From Eledone cirrhosa (taxonomy: Eukaryota), in contig OZ024742.1 of assembly GCA_964016885.1 (NCBI GenBank), positions 5,394,001 through 5,458,000 on the forward strand: 64,000 nt of DNA. Direction: 5' to 3'. Under the pieces are notes generated by a model. It was not told where the DNA came from. It worked only from the letters and a program-made list of their open reading frames with translations, and did not search any database. Positions 38,001-54,289 of this stretch are shown here, piece by piece. Each line of letters opens with the position of its first letter. Within the stretch, counting starts at the first letter, position 1. The translations under genes were made by a program, and so were the position numbers.

Positions 38001-38395
38001 CCGCCATCTCTCGCCCATCGCCGCAGGGCTTTAGGAGTGCACGCTAAAGAAGAAACCTGTGCGGTAAAGGTTTATAGTGGGAGGGCCAGTGCACAGTGAC
38101 GGTCCCACTCACTTGGTCGCAGAAGCCAGAATCCGGTGGTACGGAGGACCGTCACGACCAGGGACTTCCTTGGCCACACCCCGGTAAACTGCCTTGGCTG
38201 GCGGGCCGAACCAGGTTGAGGGTAGCCGGACGGGTCTGAAACCCCCGGATGAGTTAGATAGGGGATGCCTGCCTCTGCATGCGAAGACTGGACCCGGCAG
38301 AGGGAGTGGAGGGGGACAACATCGTCCCAACGGTCACGAAGGCGGCGACAGCAAACGGTGTGGAGCGCCAGGGCACGGCAAGGCACTACATACAC
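38001..38395 (-). mobile_element. GC-rich repeat (probable LINE 5' UTR) split by the Gypsy insertion; other half at about 32313-32481
   Basis: GC-rich island on both sides of the LTR element in an AT-rich context; family not identified. Confidence 0.4.
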
Positions 38396-38433
38396 TATAA
38401 TTATTCCAGTATATATATATATATAAAAGGAAA

Positions 38434-38533
38434 AAGTATGATCCCGACGGCAGAGCTCAAGCCGTTTCGACGGCTATTTCTGGACAGAAATAGCCGTCGA
38501 AACGGCTTGAGCTCTGCCGTCGGGGTAATACTT
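38434..38533. repeat. Near-perfect 100-bp palindrome of the family C pLTR end
   Basis: Centred on ctg-ga-cag at 38480-38487. Confidence 0.85.
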
Positions 38534-38534
38534 G

Positions 38535-38673
<139 letters not shown>

Positions 38674-39031
38674 CTCTGTTATTTTTTCTTAGACAGTAAT
38701 CTTGCGAACAAATATCGTCCGCACCCTGTATATACATATATATATATATATAATAATAAGGGTTGACGGACCCACCATATTATCAATGCCAGTACCGGTT
38801 GTATCTCAGCGCACTCAATGGGCAATGTAAGATACATTACCAGAGTATACACATAGTTATTTGCCTCAACACAACACACGTAAAACGGGTGCCTATAAGG
38901 TTCCCGGACTCGATATATATATACCGATAGCGTATGGTCTTCTAAATGTTTTTAATTAAACATACGGTATATTGCCAAATATACTATACATACATTCATG
39001 TATACATCGCTATTTCAGAGCACCAATCCTA

Positions 39032-40416
39032 ATCTATATATATAAAACTGAGGTTGTCTGTCTGTCTACTGGTTGTCTGTCTGTCTACTAAAACCTTCGG
39101 CACACATCTCCTCTTAAACCGTACGTTCAAATTTCGGTGAAATTGCTACACTTATAGATGAAGGTCCGGCGGAACCATCGGTCAAATAAATTTTCAAATC
39201 GACCCACGCCAAGTGTAAAAAGCGAATTTGTAATGTATTGATTTTTCAGTTCAAATGTATAAATAGAGATGAGAGACGAGTTATTTTCCTTTTATGGCGT
39301 CATTTGCTTATAGCAGTTATGTATACCATTTATGTCAATACTTCAGTGCTGCTTCGAAAACTATACTTTTATAAACTCATCGACTTTTTCCAAAAGGGGG
39401 TTCCTGCCCTCAGGGGTCCCCTACTCAATATGTGCCAATTCTGAGAGTTCACATTCAACGTATCCCATGTGTCAAGTTTTGTGAAAATCGGTTGCGAACT
39501 CCAGAAGTTATGACGTTTTTTTTGCATTGCACTGCAGTGCTTCAGTCGACTCTAAGGAAGTGGTTAAAGGGCGTTATCCGCCGGGAGGCCCTATAATCAA
39601 TATCTGGAAAAATGAAAGTGTCCATGACCATCCGGAGTACATGAGTAACCTATGTCTTAAGTTTGGTGAAAATACTGTAGAAATGCATAAGGTTTACACA
39701 CAGGCGCGCACGCGCACGTGTGTGTGTGTGTATGTATTTGTGTGTGCGTATGTATAAGTATGTGTATGTTCGTCGGTGCATACATATGTACTGGCCTAAA
39801 TCTTCACTATTTATTTTTACTATGTTAAGGCAAAGTTAAAATCCCGTCGAGGTTAACTTTGCCTTTCATCCTTACGGGGTCGATAAAATGAAGTACCAGT
39901 AATGTACTGTTTAATTGCTGGCCTTGTGCCAAAAGTAGAAACAACTATTTTAATAACCTGTCATTTTTGTTTACAATTTTATTTACATCATTCTTAAACT
40001 CCGGGGCTGGAAATCATTCGGTTATTTTAAATAGAATATTAGTCTAACGACTCCATTTACACCATAAACTTGGTCTTGTCTTTGCATGAAATTGTTCTTC
40101 TCGGTCCACCGCGTCGTTTATACGTAACATAAATAGATAAGCAAATGACGCCATAAAAGGGAAATAACTCGTCTCTCATCTCTATTTATACATTTGAACT
40201 GAAAAATCAATACATTACAAATTCGCTTTTTACACTTGGCGTGGGTCGATTTGAAAATTTATTTGACCGATGGTTCCGCCGGACCTTCATCTATAAGTGT
40301 AGCAATTTCACCGAAATTTGAACGTACGGTTTAAGAGGAGATGTGTGCCGAAGGTTTTAGTAGACAGACAGACAACCAATAGACAGACAGACAACCTCAG
40401 TTTTATATATATAGAT
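39032..40416. mobile_element. Fold-back element with 280-bp inverted arms made of Helitron-like 5' ends
   Basis: 39032-39311 is the reverse complement of 40137-40416. Both begin TCTATATATATAAAACTGAG with (GTCT)n. SINE fragment at about 39841-39945 in the spacer. Confidence 0.75.
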
Positions 40417-40466
40417 ATATAAGAACCCTAGAGCAAATCCCTAGTAACGCCGGGCCATTCTGCTGG

Positions 40467-41400
40467 TATATATATAAAACTGAGTATGTCTGTCTATGTG
40501 TGTGTGAGTTTGAATCCCTAAAACTCGAGAACCACCCTATCGACTGTTTTCAAACTTTACACATGTAATAATTATATTTCAGGGAGAGTTCTGAGCAAAA
40601 GAAATTTCAAATTTTCAATGCCCTAGGGACCACATTAGGCGATTTAGCGATCTCTCTCTATAATTCTTAGTCTTTCTCTTTTTAGATAGATACATAGATA
40701 TAACGTCGCACCTTTATAATATCTGTCTGTGTGTCTGGCTGTCTGCATTACGTCACTTCCCTGGGGATGTCTGTCTGTGTGTGTGTGTGTGTGTGTGTCT
40801 GTGAGTTTGAATCCCTAAAACTCGAGAAGTACCCAACTAATTTTTTTCAAACTTTACATGTGTATTACTTATGTTTCAGGGAGTGTTATGCACATAAAAA
40901 AATAATTCAACTTTTTTATCTCCTATGGCCCGCATTAGGTGAAAAACTGCGTTTTTAAAGATTTTTAGGGGTTTTTTGAGGCGTTCGTCAGACCGATTTC
41001 CTTGAAATTGTAACTATGTATTAGTCAGTCTCTTCATACCGTGAGCAAAGAAAATCCAACTTTTTTATGGCCTAGGGCCCGCATTAGGTGAAAAACTTCA
41101 TTTTTCAGCTTTTTAAGGCTTTTTAGAGGCGTTATGTCTAGCCGATTGTCCCGAAATTTCAAGGCATATTATGCACATGAAAAAAATTCATTTTCTTGAT
41201 CCCCTAGGGCCCGCATTAGGTGAAAACCTGCAGTTTTCCTGCTTCATCGAGGAAAATCTTAAAGATTATCCCGCCATCAGAGTATTCGGTTTATTTTCTT
41301 TACATATTGTCCAGGCATGCAGTTTTTCCACGATTAGGTCTGTTGGCGGCCCACCTTCCAAAATACCGTATCCCGTGCAACGCCGGGTACCACTGCTAAT
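40467..41400 (+). mobile_element. Non-autonomous Helitron, preceded by another Helitron 3' end (about 40438-40467)
   Basis: Starts tatatatataaaactgag; ends cccgtgcaacgccgggtaccactgctaa (hairpin + degenerate CTAG), matching the 3' end at 9284-9310. Confidence 0.7.
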
Positions 41401-41439
41401 ATATATATATTTGTTTTGCAAGGTTTTTTTATATGAAAT

Positions 41440-42600
41440 CGTGTGTCGAAACAAATATTGTTATACTTGGGGAGGGTCATATTGTTGTAATAATATTGCC
41501 AGAAATAATAATCGAACACACTCACTGTTTGGTTTGGATTGGTTTTCGCTTCTGTATCTTTTATATCTCCATAGTTAATTTATCTGGCAATCAGTGTTTA
41601 TCATTGATTGACCAACGGTTAAAAATACAGATATAAATATATATATATATATATAGTCTATCAAAGTTCTTGCGTCGCATCATCAGTGGTACTATTATGT
41701 TTCTTCCCATTGTATTGTATTGTACTGTAATGTCTACGCTCTTTTTATTTTATTTATTTATATATTTATTTATTGAAATAGTGAAATAGAAATTAGAAGA
41801 CCAAGACTAAACAGAAAGAATGAATGGAATAACAAGAACACCCAAACAAACAACACTGACCTAAGAGAAGTATAAATAAGTAAATAAAATAAGATAAATA
41901 AATAAATAAATACATACACAAGCACATAACAACAAGCACATAAACACACACTAGTCACCCATCACACAGCAAACAACACTATACACACACGCAAACGCAT
42001 GCGCAAAGAAGACAAAATAAAATAAACAAACAAGCAAATAAATAAATAAATATATAGACAGACTGAATAAAAATGGCGTAGACATACAACACAACAGGAG
42101 GAAAATATAACACCACTGACGATGTTGCAGATGTGCAACGAAAGATTTATGATAAACTATATATATGTGTTTGTGTCTATATTGTATCTGTATTATTTTT
42201 GACCGTCGGTCAGTCAATGGCAACATTGAGGACCGAGTAAGTTAGATTACCGATATAAAAGACAGCGAGAAGCGAAAACCAACCAAACAGTGAGTGTGTT
42301 CTGTTATTAATTCTGGCAATATTACACAAATATGACCCTCCCCAAGTATAACAATATTTATTTATTTATTTATTCTTGTCTCGTTCTCTGCTCATGCGTT
42401 TGCGTGTGTGTATAATGTTTGGTGTGTGTGTTCGCGTTTGAGTGTATGTGTTTTTGTTTTTGTATTCTATCTTTGTTCACTAGTGTGTGTTTATGTGTTT
42501 GTTGTTATTGTGTATATATTTATTTATTTATATTTCCCTTAAGTCAGTATTGTTTGTTTGGGTATGGTTGTTGTTATTCCATTCGTTGTTTCTGTTTTAC
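41440..42600. repeat. Cluster of family D pLTR-like segments in both orientations
   Basis: Homology to 19490-20195, forward (41515-41760, 42360-42600) and inverted (about 41790-42300). Confidence 0.65.
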
Positions 42601-44240
42601 TTACACATATATATATGTTGCAACCACAACAACTATCCCCTACCTCCCCCCACTCCTGCTTCTTCCCTCTTCAGTCACAACAAAGCAGAGAAGGATGGAC
42701 TGACAAAATGACTTTCTTCTCTGAAGGACCACGTATGTGAAGATTAACTTTTCTTCCCCTCTTTACATATATATATATTTGTTATTATCATTATCTTCAC
42801 TATTTGTAGAAATATGCAACTTAACAATATTCTCCATATCCGCAATTGACGATGCATTTAATGCTGAAACCGGTATTGTAAATACATTAATGCTTTCAAA
42901 TTTTACTAAAAATATCTCTTCAACATTTTCTACAGAAAAAATATTTTTCCTTTTTACTATTTGTTTATATATATATATAATGTTTAATAAACAATACAAT
43001 ATAATTACCTCATTACCAGAGGTTTCCCGAATAAGACGAATACGAAAAGCGTCCTCATTCGTTCATCGGACAAGGCAATTTAAAACATAGTGAAATATTT
43101 GAAAAGTCTCCTCAAGAAAGGCAAGAGTTTAACGGGCAAAAAAAAAAAAATTAAAGTAATGCAAGAGATATATAAAAAAAATAAGGAAATATAGTTAGGG
43201 TATGTGTATATGTATGTATATACACTCACAAATGTACATATGTGTGTATGTACAAATGCATGTGTATGGAGAAAATGTGTGCGTAAGTACATATATGAGG
43301 GCAAGTATATTTGTGTATGTGTGACCACAAATACGTATATAATATGAGTTGAAAAATAAATTGTAAGATAATATAGTTAACACGCATCCAGATACAGGTA
43401 TTAAATACACATACGAGTATGAAAGCACGCGTATAAACACACACACACACACGCGCGGTCACTTATATGCGGAAGATAAAGAGGGAAGGGAGTGTAATAG
43501 TAAAAAGAAGTGTCATTCTCGATATATGTATAAAAATGAAACAATATATGAGAATGAAAAACATTTTTAAATCAAAGAGAAAGTAATCAATTAACACTAG
43601 AAAAAAGAAAACAAACATAGGTACGCACGTACACACACATATATATATATAAATATTTATACATACAAATACGTACAGACAAAAGCGCATGCATGCGTAC
43701 ATACATACACACGAGGCTCGTATAAAATATATATATATCGCCACATGTATATCTAATCACACGTACGTACGCGACTATATATATATATATATATACATAT
43801 ATACATACACACCCATACATACGTATACATATACACACATATACATACACATACACATACATTCACCTGCATACACACACACGTATAAATAAGTATGTAA
43901 AAAACATAGATATAAAAACACACATACACATACGTACGCACGCACACATACGGAGGCGCTCGTATACATATACAGAACGTATACACACATATGCACACTC
44001 ACTCGCATAGATACAGATTATAATCCAGCCGTATGAATAAATGAGTACAAATATAATATCGGCTGCGAAACAACAGAATATATCTGGAGTGGAAAACGTG
44101 AATCGAAAAGTAGGGGAGGGGGTTACTGGTGGATGTGAAGTAAAAATAAAAATAAAATTAAAAATAAAGTTAAAAATGAAAGTAAATCAGAAAGAGAAGT
44201 CTGTAAAGAGGAAAATTTAAGGAAAGTGAAGAATAAGAGT

Positions 44241-45611
44241 TTATGGAGGATAAATATGTGAAAGTGAGTTAAGTTTATATGAGCTGGAAAGCAAATGTGA
44301 TTTCATGTGTGGGCAACTGGTGAAAGTTTCTGTTTTTGTATTTAGGCAGGTTTTTGGTGATTTAAGGTTCTGTAAAATCCAATATTTTTCACTTATGCAG
44401 AGTGTGCATCTTCTTGTTCCTCTTGCATATTCTTTAGATTGGTTCAAAATTGACCAATCCAATTTATATTGGATACCTTGGTCTTTCAAATCCCATATTC
44501 TGCTAGCCAGAGCTGTTGTGAATCTTTTTTCTGGATGTCGGAAAGATGCGACATGTGAGTAATAACCTGTTTTTAATTTGTCTTGTGTCATACCCACATA
44601 TCGTTCACTGGTGGCTGGTAGGTTGTTGCTGATGGTTGTCATTTTAGCCGCATATACAATGGCTTTGGTGTTGCATTTACCTTGTAATGGGCATTCACTT
44701 TTGACTCTACAGGAACAATTTTGATGTTCTCTGGGTGATTTCTTATTGATGATATAAGATTTAATAGGGGGACTGCAGGAGTAGCTAATTTTGACACAGT
44801 TTCTATTGAAGATCTTATAGTATCTATGTGTTCTAGGGAAATGTTTATCTAAGAGCTCTAGGAATTTTTTGCCTACATTAGTTTTAACTGCTAGAGAGTA
44901 GGGGGGTGTGAACCAGATTATTTTTCTTTTCCTATTATTATGTTTAAAAGAGTTAGTATTGTTGGGTATGTACTTAATCGGTTCGCTAAATCCGCTATTT
45001 TGAAGGGCTTTATTATAGTAAGGGGATGCCTTATTGAAAGTAACTTCTGAGGAAGAGAGGGTGGAGATCCTACGGCTAATATTAGGGATAAGGTTTTTAA
45101 AAACTATAGGAGGATGGCAAGAGCCTTTATTTATATATTTTCAATTTTCATTAGGTTTATGGTACGGTTTATAAGAAGCAGTAGGCAGATCTAGGTTTAT
45201 ATCTAGAAAATTAACATTGGAAAGGTTAGTGTCAATAGTAATTTTAAGATTAAAACTAGCGAAGGTTTTTATTAAGTCTTTCCTTAATCTATCTAAGTTA
45301 TGGCCAATGGTGGCATGGGAAAGTATTAGACCATCGTCGCGATAAAGCCCACTAATATGGTTATGGAATTTTTCTTTAAGTGTGTGTAGGAGGAATAGAC
45401 CGACTAAATCACAAACATCAGCACTGTCAAAAGAACCCATTGAGACATCGAATGGGTTCTCTGGGTTAGATATTTTTACCCAAGTGTCATCAGTAAAGAG
45501 TAGAGTGTTTCTAGCATACAAGATGACATTCTCTTCAATATCAGAAATATTGGTAAACTTTCTAGCGAAATTTAAGACTTTCGCTAAAAGAGTCTGCGTG
45601 ATAGACGGGTA
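44241..45611 (-). pseudogene. PLE RT + GIY-YIG, with stop/frameshift
   Basis: YPSI, FDVSMGSFDSADVCDLVG, GLYRDDGL; stop at 45141; CSCRVKSECPLQGKC; YVGMT; CTLCISEK; CPH. Confidence 0.9.
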
Positions 45612-46379
45612 GTGTATGTGTATGTATATGTGCGTATATGTATACGTATGAATGGGTGTGTATGTATATATGTATATATATATATATATATAGTCACGTA
45701 TGTACGTGCGATTAGATATACATGTGGCGATATATATATATATACGTGCCTCGTGTGTATGTATGTACGCATGCATGCGCTTTTGTCTGTACGTATTTGT
45801 ATGTATAAATATTTATATATATATATGTGTGTGTAAGTGCGTACCTATGTTTGTTTTCTTTTTTCTAGTGATAATTGATTACTTTCTCTTTGATTTAAAA
45901 AATGATTCATTCTCTTATATTGTTTCATTTTTATACATATATCGAGAATGACACTTCTTTTTACTATTACACTCCCTTCCCTCTTTATCTTCCGCATATA
46001 AGTGACCGCGCGTGTGTGTGTGTTTATACGCGTGCTTTCATACTCGTATGTGTATTTAATACCTGTATCTGGATGCGTGTTAACTATATTATCTTACAAT
46101 TTATTTTTCAACTCATATTATATACGTATTTGTGGTCACATATACACAAATATACTTGCCCTCATATATGTACTTACGCACACATTTTCACCATACACAT
46201 GCATTTGTACATACACAAATATGTACATTTGTGAGTGTATATACATACATATACACATACCCTAACTATATTTCCTTATTTTTTTATATATCTCTTGCAT
46301 TACTTTTATTTATATATTTTTTGCCCGTTAAACTCTTGCCTTTCTTGAGGAGACTTTTCAAATATTTCCCTATGTTTTA

Positions 46380-46457
46380 AATTGCCTTGTCCGATGAACG
46401 AATGAGGACGTTTTTCGTATTCGTCTTATTCGGGAAACCTCTGGTAATGAGGTAATT
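46380..46457 (+). ncRNA. Hammerhead variant with CCGATGA core (element-sense copy at 43003-43080, minus strand)
   Basis: 11-bp stem I aattgccttgt/atgaggtaatt; CCGATGA 46391-46397; stem II cgaatgaggacg/cgtcttattcg; GAAA 46434-46437; stem III acc-tct-ggt, then A. Confidence 0.8.
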
Positions 46458-46558
46458 ATATTGTATTGTTTATTATACATTAAATTTTGGTCTGGTACTT
46501 ACATAGAGCACTCTTCACTCCTATGGCTTTTTCAATTTTCAACGGAAAGTTCAATACT

Positions 46559-47345
<787 letters not shown>

Positions 47346-47676
47346 TAGCTCTGATTATTTAATTTATTAACTTTTCATTGAGCCACAAAGTGACCGGTTG
47401 CAAAACACGTATATATATATATATTTATATATATGTAAACCTTTATATATATATATATATATAACAAAGGAATTGTGGTAAGGGACCAGATGGACCATAA
47501 CGCACCAGACTACTCAATACTTAGGGTAGTAGAGTGGGAAATAGGAAAAAGTATGACCCCGACGGCAGAGCTCAAGCCGTTTCGACGGCTATTTCTGGAC
47601 AAAGTAAGAATTTTTATATACATATATATATATATATTTATATATCCATATATATATATATTTATATATACATATA

Positions 47677-49441
47677 TTCCGCACGCCATCTCACAGTCAG
47701 TGGCCTACTCCAGTGCCACGGAACACCCGCCAATCGCCTTAGAGTCGAACAAAGAACTATCTTCATCTTACAGACCCACACTCCCGCCGGCCTGAACTCC
47801 CCACCCTTATTCCTTTAGCCTTCGACCGCCCCCCTCCCCCCACACTTATCCCCCACTAACACCACTAACACACCCCTCCTTTTCACCGCCCACCCCACAA
47901 CTAACAATACTAACACCTCCACTCCACCCCTCATCTGACCACCCTTCCCCAACTAACATACTAACATCCCTCCCTTCTTCTCCTCCTCCCCCCTCCTTAT
48001 CACACGCACACACCCACCGGCACATATATACACGCGCTCACACTAAACACACACCCTACTACCACCACTAACCCTCACCCCCACACCTCTCACCCCCACA
48101 CCTTCATCCCACCACCCCGCAACTAACCTCACTAACACCCCCTGACCCCAAGCACACGAACACACGCACCCACTTACACCACCCACCCCACACGCAACTA
48201 ACATCACTAACACCCCCCAACCCCACGCACACGTACCCACACACCCTCGTACACCACCAACTCTACACACCCTACCACCACTAACCCCCACTCACACCTG
48301 CATTCAACCCCTCCCCACCTCCCGTATACTAACACCCACTAACACCCCTTCATCAAACTACACACACACCAGTACACCACACTCCCTCCATAGAACTACA
48401 CACACCCTTCTCTCCCCGCTCCACCCACACCCTCGCTCCACACTCACTCATCCCACTAACACCTCTACTAATACACACACACACACCCTCCTCACTCCAA
48501 CTTTCACACCTACCCATCCTCGCCCCTTTACCATTCCACCGACTGCTGCTATGCCCTCTGACCACCTCCCAGCACAAACAGACACACAGCACTCCCACTG
48601 CTTGACCACTTCCTGTTGCGCGCGCACCCCCACATCTCTCCTCTTCCGACCATCGCTTCATGGAATACTCGTACGTAGAACTTGACCACCACAGAATCCA
48701 CTAAACATCATCGGATTTTACCAACTGTTCAACCATCCTCTAATCACCTATATAACTCACCCACACACACACCCCAAAAAAAATTTTTTTTCTCCACACG
48801 CCACCTACACCCACAACCCGCTTAAACCCCACACACACGTGTTTTCCACCACATATTTACACCCTCAGCCTCCTGATTCCTCTCCCCCCACCCCTCTATC
48901 CACACACGCACAGACACTCCGACCTACAACCCCTCCCATTCACACCTCTTCCTGAACATGCAACCCCGTTCTTCCCCCAACCCTTACTTTCACATACACA
49001 CACACACACACACACGTACACCTACACACACACACCACCTTCAGCCCTCCCCGCTCGGACACCCGTCTCCCTCTCCCCACTCCACCCGCCACCACCCCTA
49101 CACACCCCACACCTTTCCACCACCTGTTTTACCCCCCTTTTAATTTCAGTTTATTTTGATCATGCTTTTATATTTAAATTTATTTCATTCCTTGTATTTT
49201 GATCATGCTTTATTTTTATTTTTATTTTTATTTTTAATTTCCTTCGCACCGTTTCCTTTCGCTATATGTCTCTCCACCACTCCCCTACACGCCCTTTGAA
49301 CTCTGTTCCCACACACTTCTCACCTGAGGAAGGGCTTATGCCCGAAACGTCGTTCCCCACCAACACCCCACTCCCCAGAGCGTGAAATTAATAAACATTC
49401 GTTGTACTGCCTCTCTGTTTTGTTCCTGTTCAAATTTTTCC
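47677..49441 (+). mobile_element. Neptune-like PLE 3' end with long A/C-rich UTR
   Basis: HLTVSGLLQC...RLRVEQRTIFILQTHTPAGLN (GIY-YIG C-terminus), about 1.4-kb C/A-skewed tract, then an HHR. Confidence 0.7.
49321..49354 (+). ncRNA. Minimal hammerhead ribozyme
   Basis: ac CTGAGGA a gggc-ttat-gccc GAAA cg TC gt; stem I only 2 bp. Confidence 0.7.
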
Positions 49442-49545
49442 ATTATATATATATATATAGTAATAATAATAAATTTGAAGACTAAAATCCAAAGAGGGCT
49501 CGATAAGGATAAATATATATCGAAAATATAAGAACCGTAGAGCAA

Positions 49546-49939
49546 ATATTTATTAAAATAACAGATTAAAGTTTAAGCAAAGAATCGCTGCTTTCACCCT
49601 TAACGGGATCTTCTGAAACTAACAAAGTCAATCTGTAAACGCATAAGTGGATATTTAAAAAAACGTTGCAACTGGAGGTTGAGCACTCTATTGATTTATA
49701 TTCATGATGCAGAAACAACATCTGAATATTTCTACAAAGAAGATACCCGTACCAAGCAGGAAAACATACCTAAAACTCCTGAACCAAAGTATCGTCTTCC
49801 TGTCTTCCTCCGATTGCAACGTTTTTTGAAATATCCACTTCTGCGTTTACAGATTGACTTTGTTAGTTTCAGAAGATCCCGTTAAGGGTGAAAGCAGCGA
49901 TTCTTTGCTTAAACTTTAATCTGTTATTTTAATAAATAT
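49546..49939. mobile_element. Fold-back pLTR (arms 49546-49671 / 49814-49939) with PLE N-terminus in the spacer
   Basis: 126-bp inverted arms. The spacer encodes STKKIPVPSRKTYLKLL. A degenerate HHR-like motif (CAGAAGA..ccc/ggg..GAAA) lies in the arms. Confidence 0.7.
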
Positions 49940-49952
49940 ATATATATATATA

Positions 49953-50559
49953 GTGGCTGCCAACTCGTTTTCGAGTACGGCCACTACTTTATATCCATGT
50001 AGGAGAACCCCTACCGATGCGCTGAACGAGTGTGACTTTTTAGTCCAGCCAGCGACTTGAAAACTCTGGTACAAACACTACACTTGTGACAATTATTGAC
50101 ACATAGTGCTGGGCCCATGGTACCATGTGACGACAAGTGCAGAGAGATCTCCAGATACAAAGCAATGCCTGTGCCGTGAAGCTTTTATAGTGAGCAAAGA
50201 CACTGCACAAAGCCAGTCCCACTCTCTTAACCAAGATGATATTTACCAAAAAGAAGAACAAGTCAACATCATTAGATACCATCAGGGTTGCAGGTGTTAT
50301 ATCCGAGTTTTCATTCTCCTAGAATTCTGCCTTGACAAAGGCTAAGGGGTCATCTCTCCCGGTGATTTTGGATGGCCATTGACTCTTAAGAGCTCCTTTG
50401 CCCTTTGACAGGTTTTGTTTTTAGTCCTGCAGGATGTCCAAAGTCACCCTCCTCACCAAGAAACCTTGGTGGGGTTGCCAGTTTAGTCGCCAACGACCCG
50501 ACCATGGGACAGGTTGTACTGGGATACATGTTACCAGTAGCACCAACTGGTGACCTGAC
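49953..50559 (-). mobile_element. Family A non-autonomous RTE derivative, full length
   Basis: Reverse complement of 21878-22487. Confidence 0.8.
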
Positions 50560-50562
50560 ATA

Positions 50563-50597
<35 letters not shown>

Positions 50598-51163
50598 TGT
50601 ATATATATATATGTTTGTTTGCATGTGTGTTAGTATGTATTATGTATGTATATATATATTTGTATGTGTATATGTATATACGTCTCTATGTATCTGTGTG
50701 TTTGGCAATCTCCGTACATTACAAAGATTGCTGAACTCACACAAACACGCATATTGTAAATGGACTGTTTTAGTGACTACGAAATCTCGTGGAAACTACC
50801 TAAGACATTGTTTATTATTATCGGTAGAGCTTCGAAGAACATGCTTTGCGATATATTGTTACGGCCCTGTTATTATGGCCGAACGGCTTGGTTTAACTTG
50901 ATCTATTTTCTCTCCGGTTACTTACATACATGTGTCATTGTCCTGTGTTCCCCCCTCTATCAGTATGTTTACATCTTTTTTCCTTTTTTTCTTCTTCCCC
51001 TTTTTTCTTTCTTTCTTTCTCTCTCTTCGATACAACTTCTTTCCCTCGTGGCTTTTTGATAGATAAAAGGCCATGGGCGCGCTATGGATCGATGTTCTGT
51101 TTATAATGCGCCGAAACATCTATGACTCGTAGTAAACAGCTGACGAAGGGAAACTTTCCATCT

Positions 51164-51268
<105 letters not shown>

Positions 51269-51272
51269 ATAT

Positions 51273-51966
51273 AAAATACAATATGTTGAAAAGGTAACAC
51301 ACTAGAGAGAGATACAGTGCGCTATCAATAAAGCAGGGAAAACCCACCAGTGTATGGAATCTATAACCTATGAAAGGCAGACTAAAGAAACGATAATTAA
51401 AAGTATAAATTAAAGTGTAAATAAATACCTCTATATATATATATATATCACACGTACAAATCCAAAGAGATCTGTTTCACCAGTAAGTTGTTGACAGAAA
51501 TGAAATAACCACGGTTCTTCAGTGTGTGTAAGGCTATACATTTCAGACAACACTAAGAGAATTTTAAAGTGGCTGTCCAGCTACACGTGGGAGAGAGAAG
51601 TCACAGATGTTTAAGGGCAGTGAACCAGTGGCCTCTGAGGGACGAGCTGCTAGAAAGGGCAGCCCAAAACCACTCAGAGAAGTGTGCTCAACCAAACAGA
51701 GAGAGAGGAAAGACTGTTATAAGGAGCGAACTATCACGATAAATTAACGGAGCATTAGACTCTCGCCATTCCCTGTAAATAGTCTGCCTTTCATAGGTTA
51801 TAGATTCCATACACTGGTGGTTTTTCCCTGTTTTATTGATAGCGCACTGTATCTCTCTCTAGTGTGTTACCTTTTCAACATATTGTATTTTAAAGAGCTC
51901 AGGATTTCCTCTCCTTTGAGCACACTATTTACAGGGAATGGCGAGAGTCTAATGTTCCGTCAATTT
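51273..51966. repeat. Nested inverted repeats (51273-51383 / 51781-51890; 51741-51783 / 51924-51966) with a degenerate HHR at 51463-51526 (minus)
   Basis: Reverse-complement matches read directly. Minus strand: CTGAAGA acc...ggt GAAA cagatc TC with a poor stem I. Confidence 0.65.
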
Positions 51967-52189
51967 ATCGGTATATATATATATATATATATATGCGAGA
52001 AAAACCACAAACCCTCCATCTCAATTCTACTTTTGAAAAGCACAAGAACTGCGAAACCGGTAAAGGGACCAAATAAATATATATATTTTTAAAAAAGACT
52101 CCAGTTGCATTTTCGATTTCATATTTTTTCCTTATACTTTCACTCGTGTAGGACATCTCGTTATTTTCATTTCGTAAAAAAAACCTCAC

Positions 52190-54250
<2,061 letters not shown>

Positions 54251-54289
54251 GTATCTGTTAAAGAGCTGGTCTTAAAATATGTAATGAAA

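Larger units (their letters stand above)
42987..46474 (-). mobile_element. Hydra-type PLE, 5'-truncated, with inverted pLTR
   Basis: About 870-bp inverted repeats (42987-43860 / 45612-46474) flank RT-GIY-YIG coding sequence. Confidence 0.9.
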
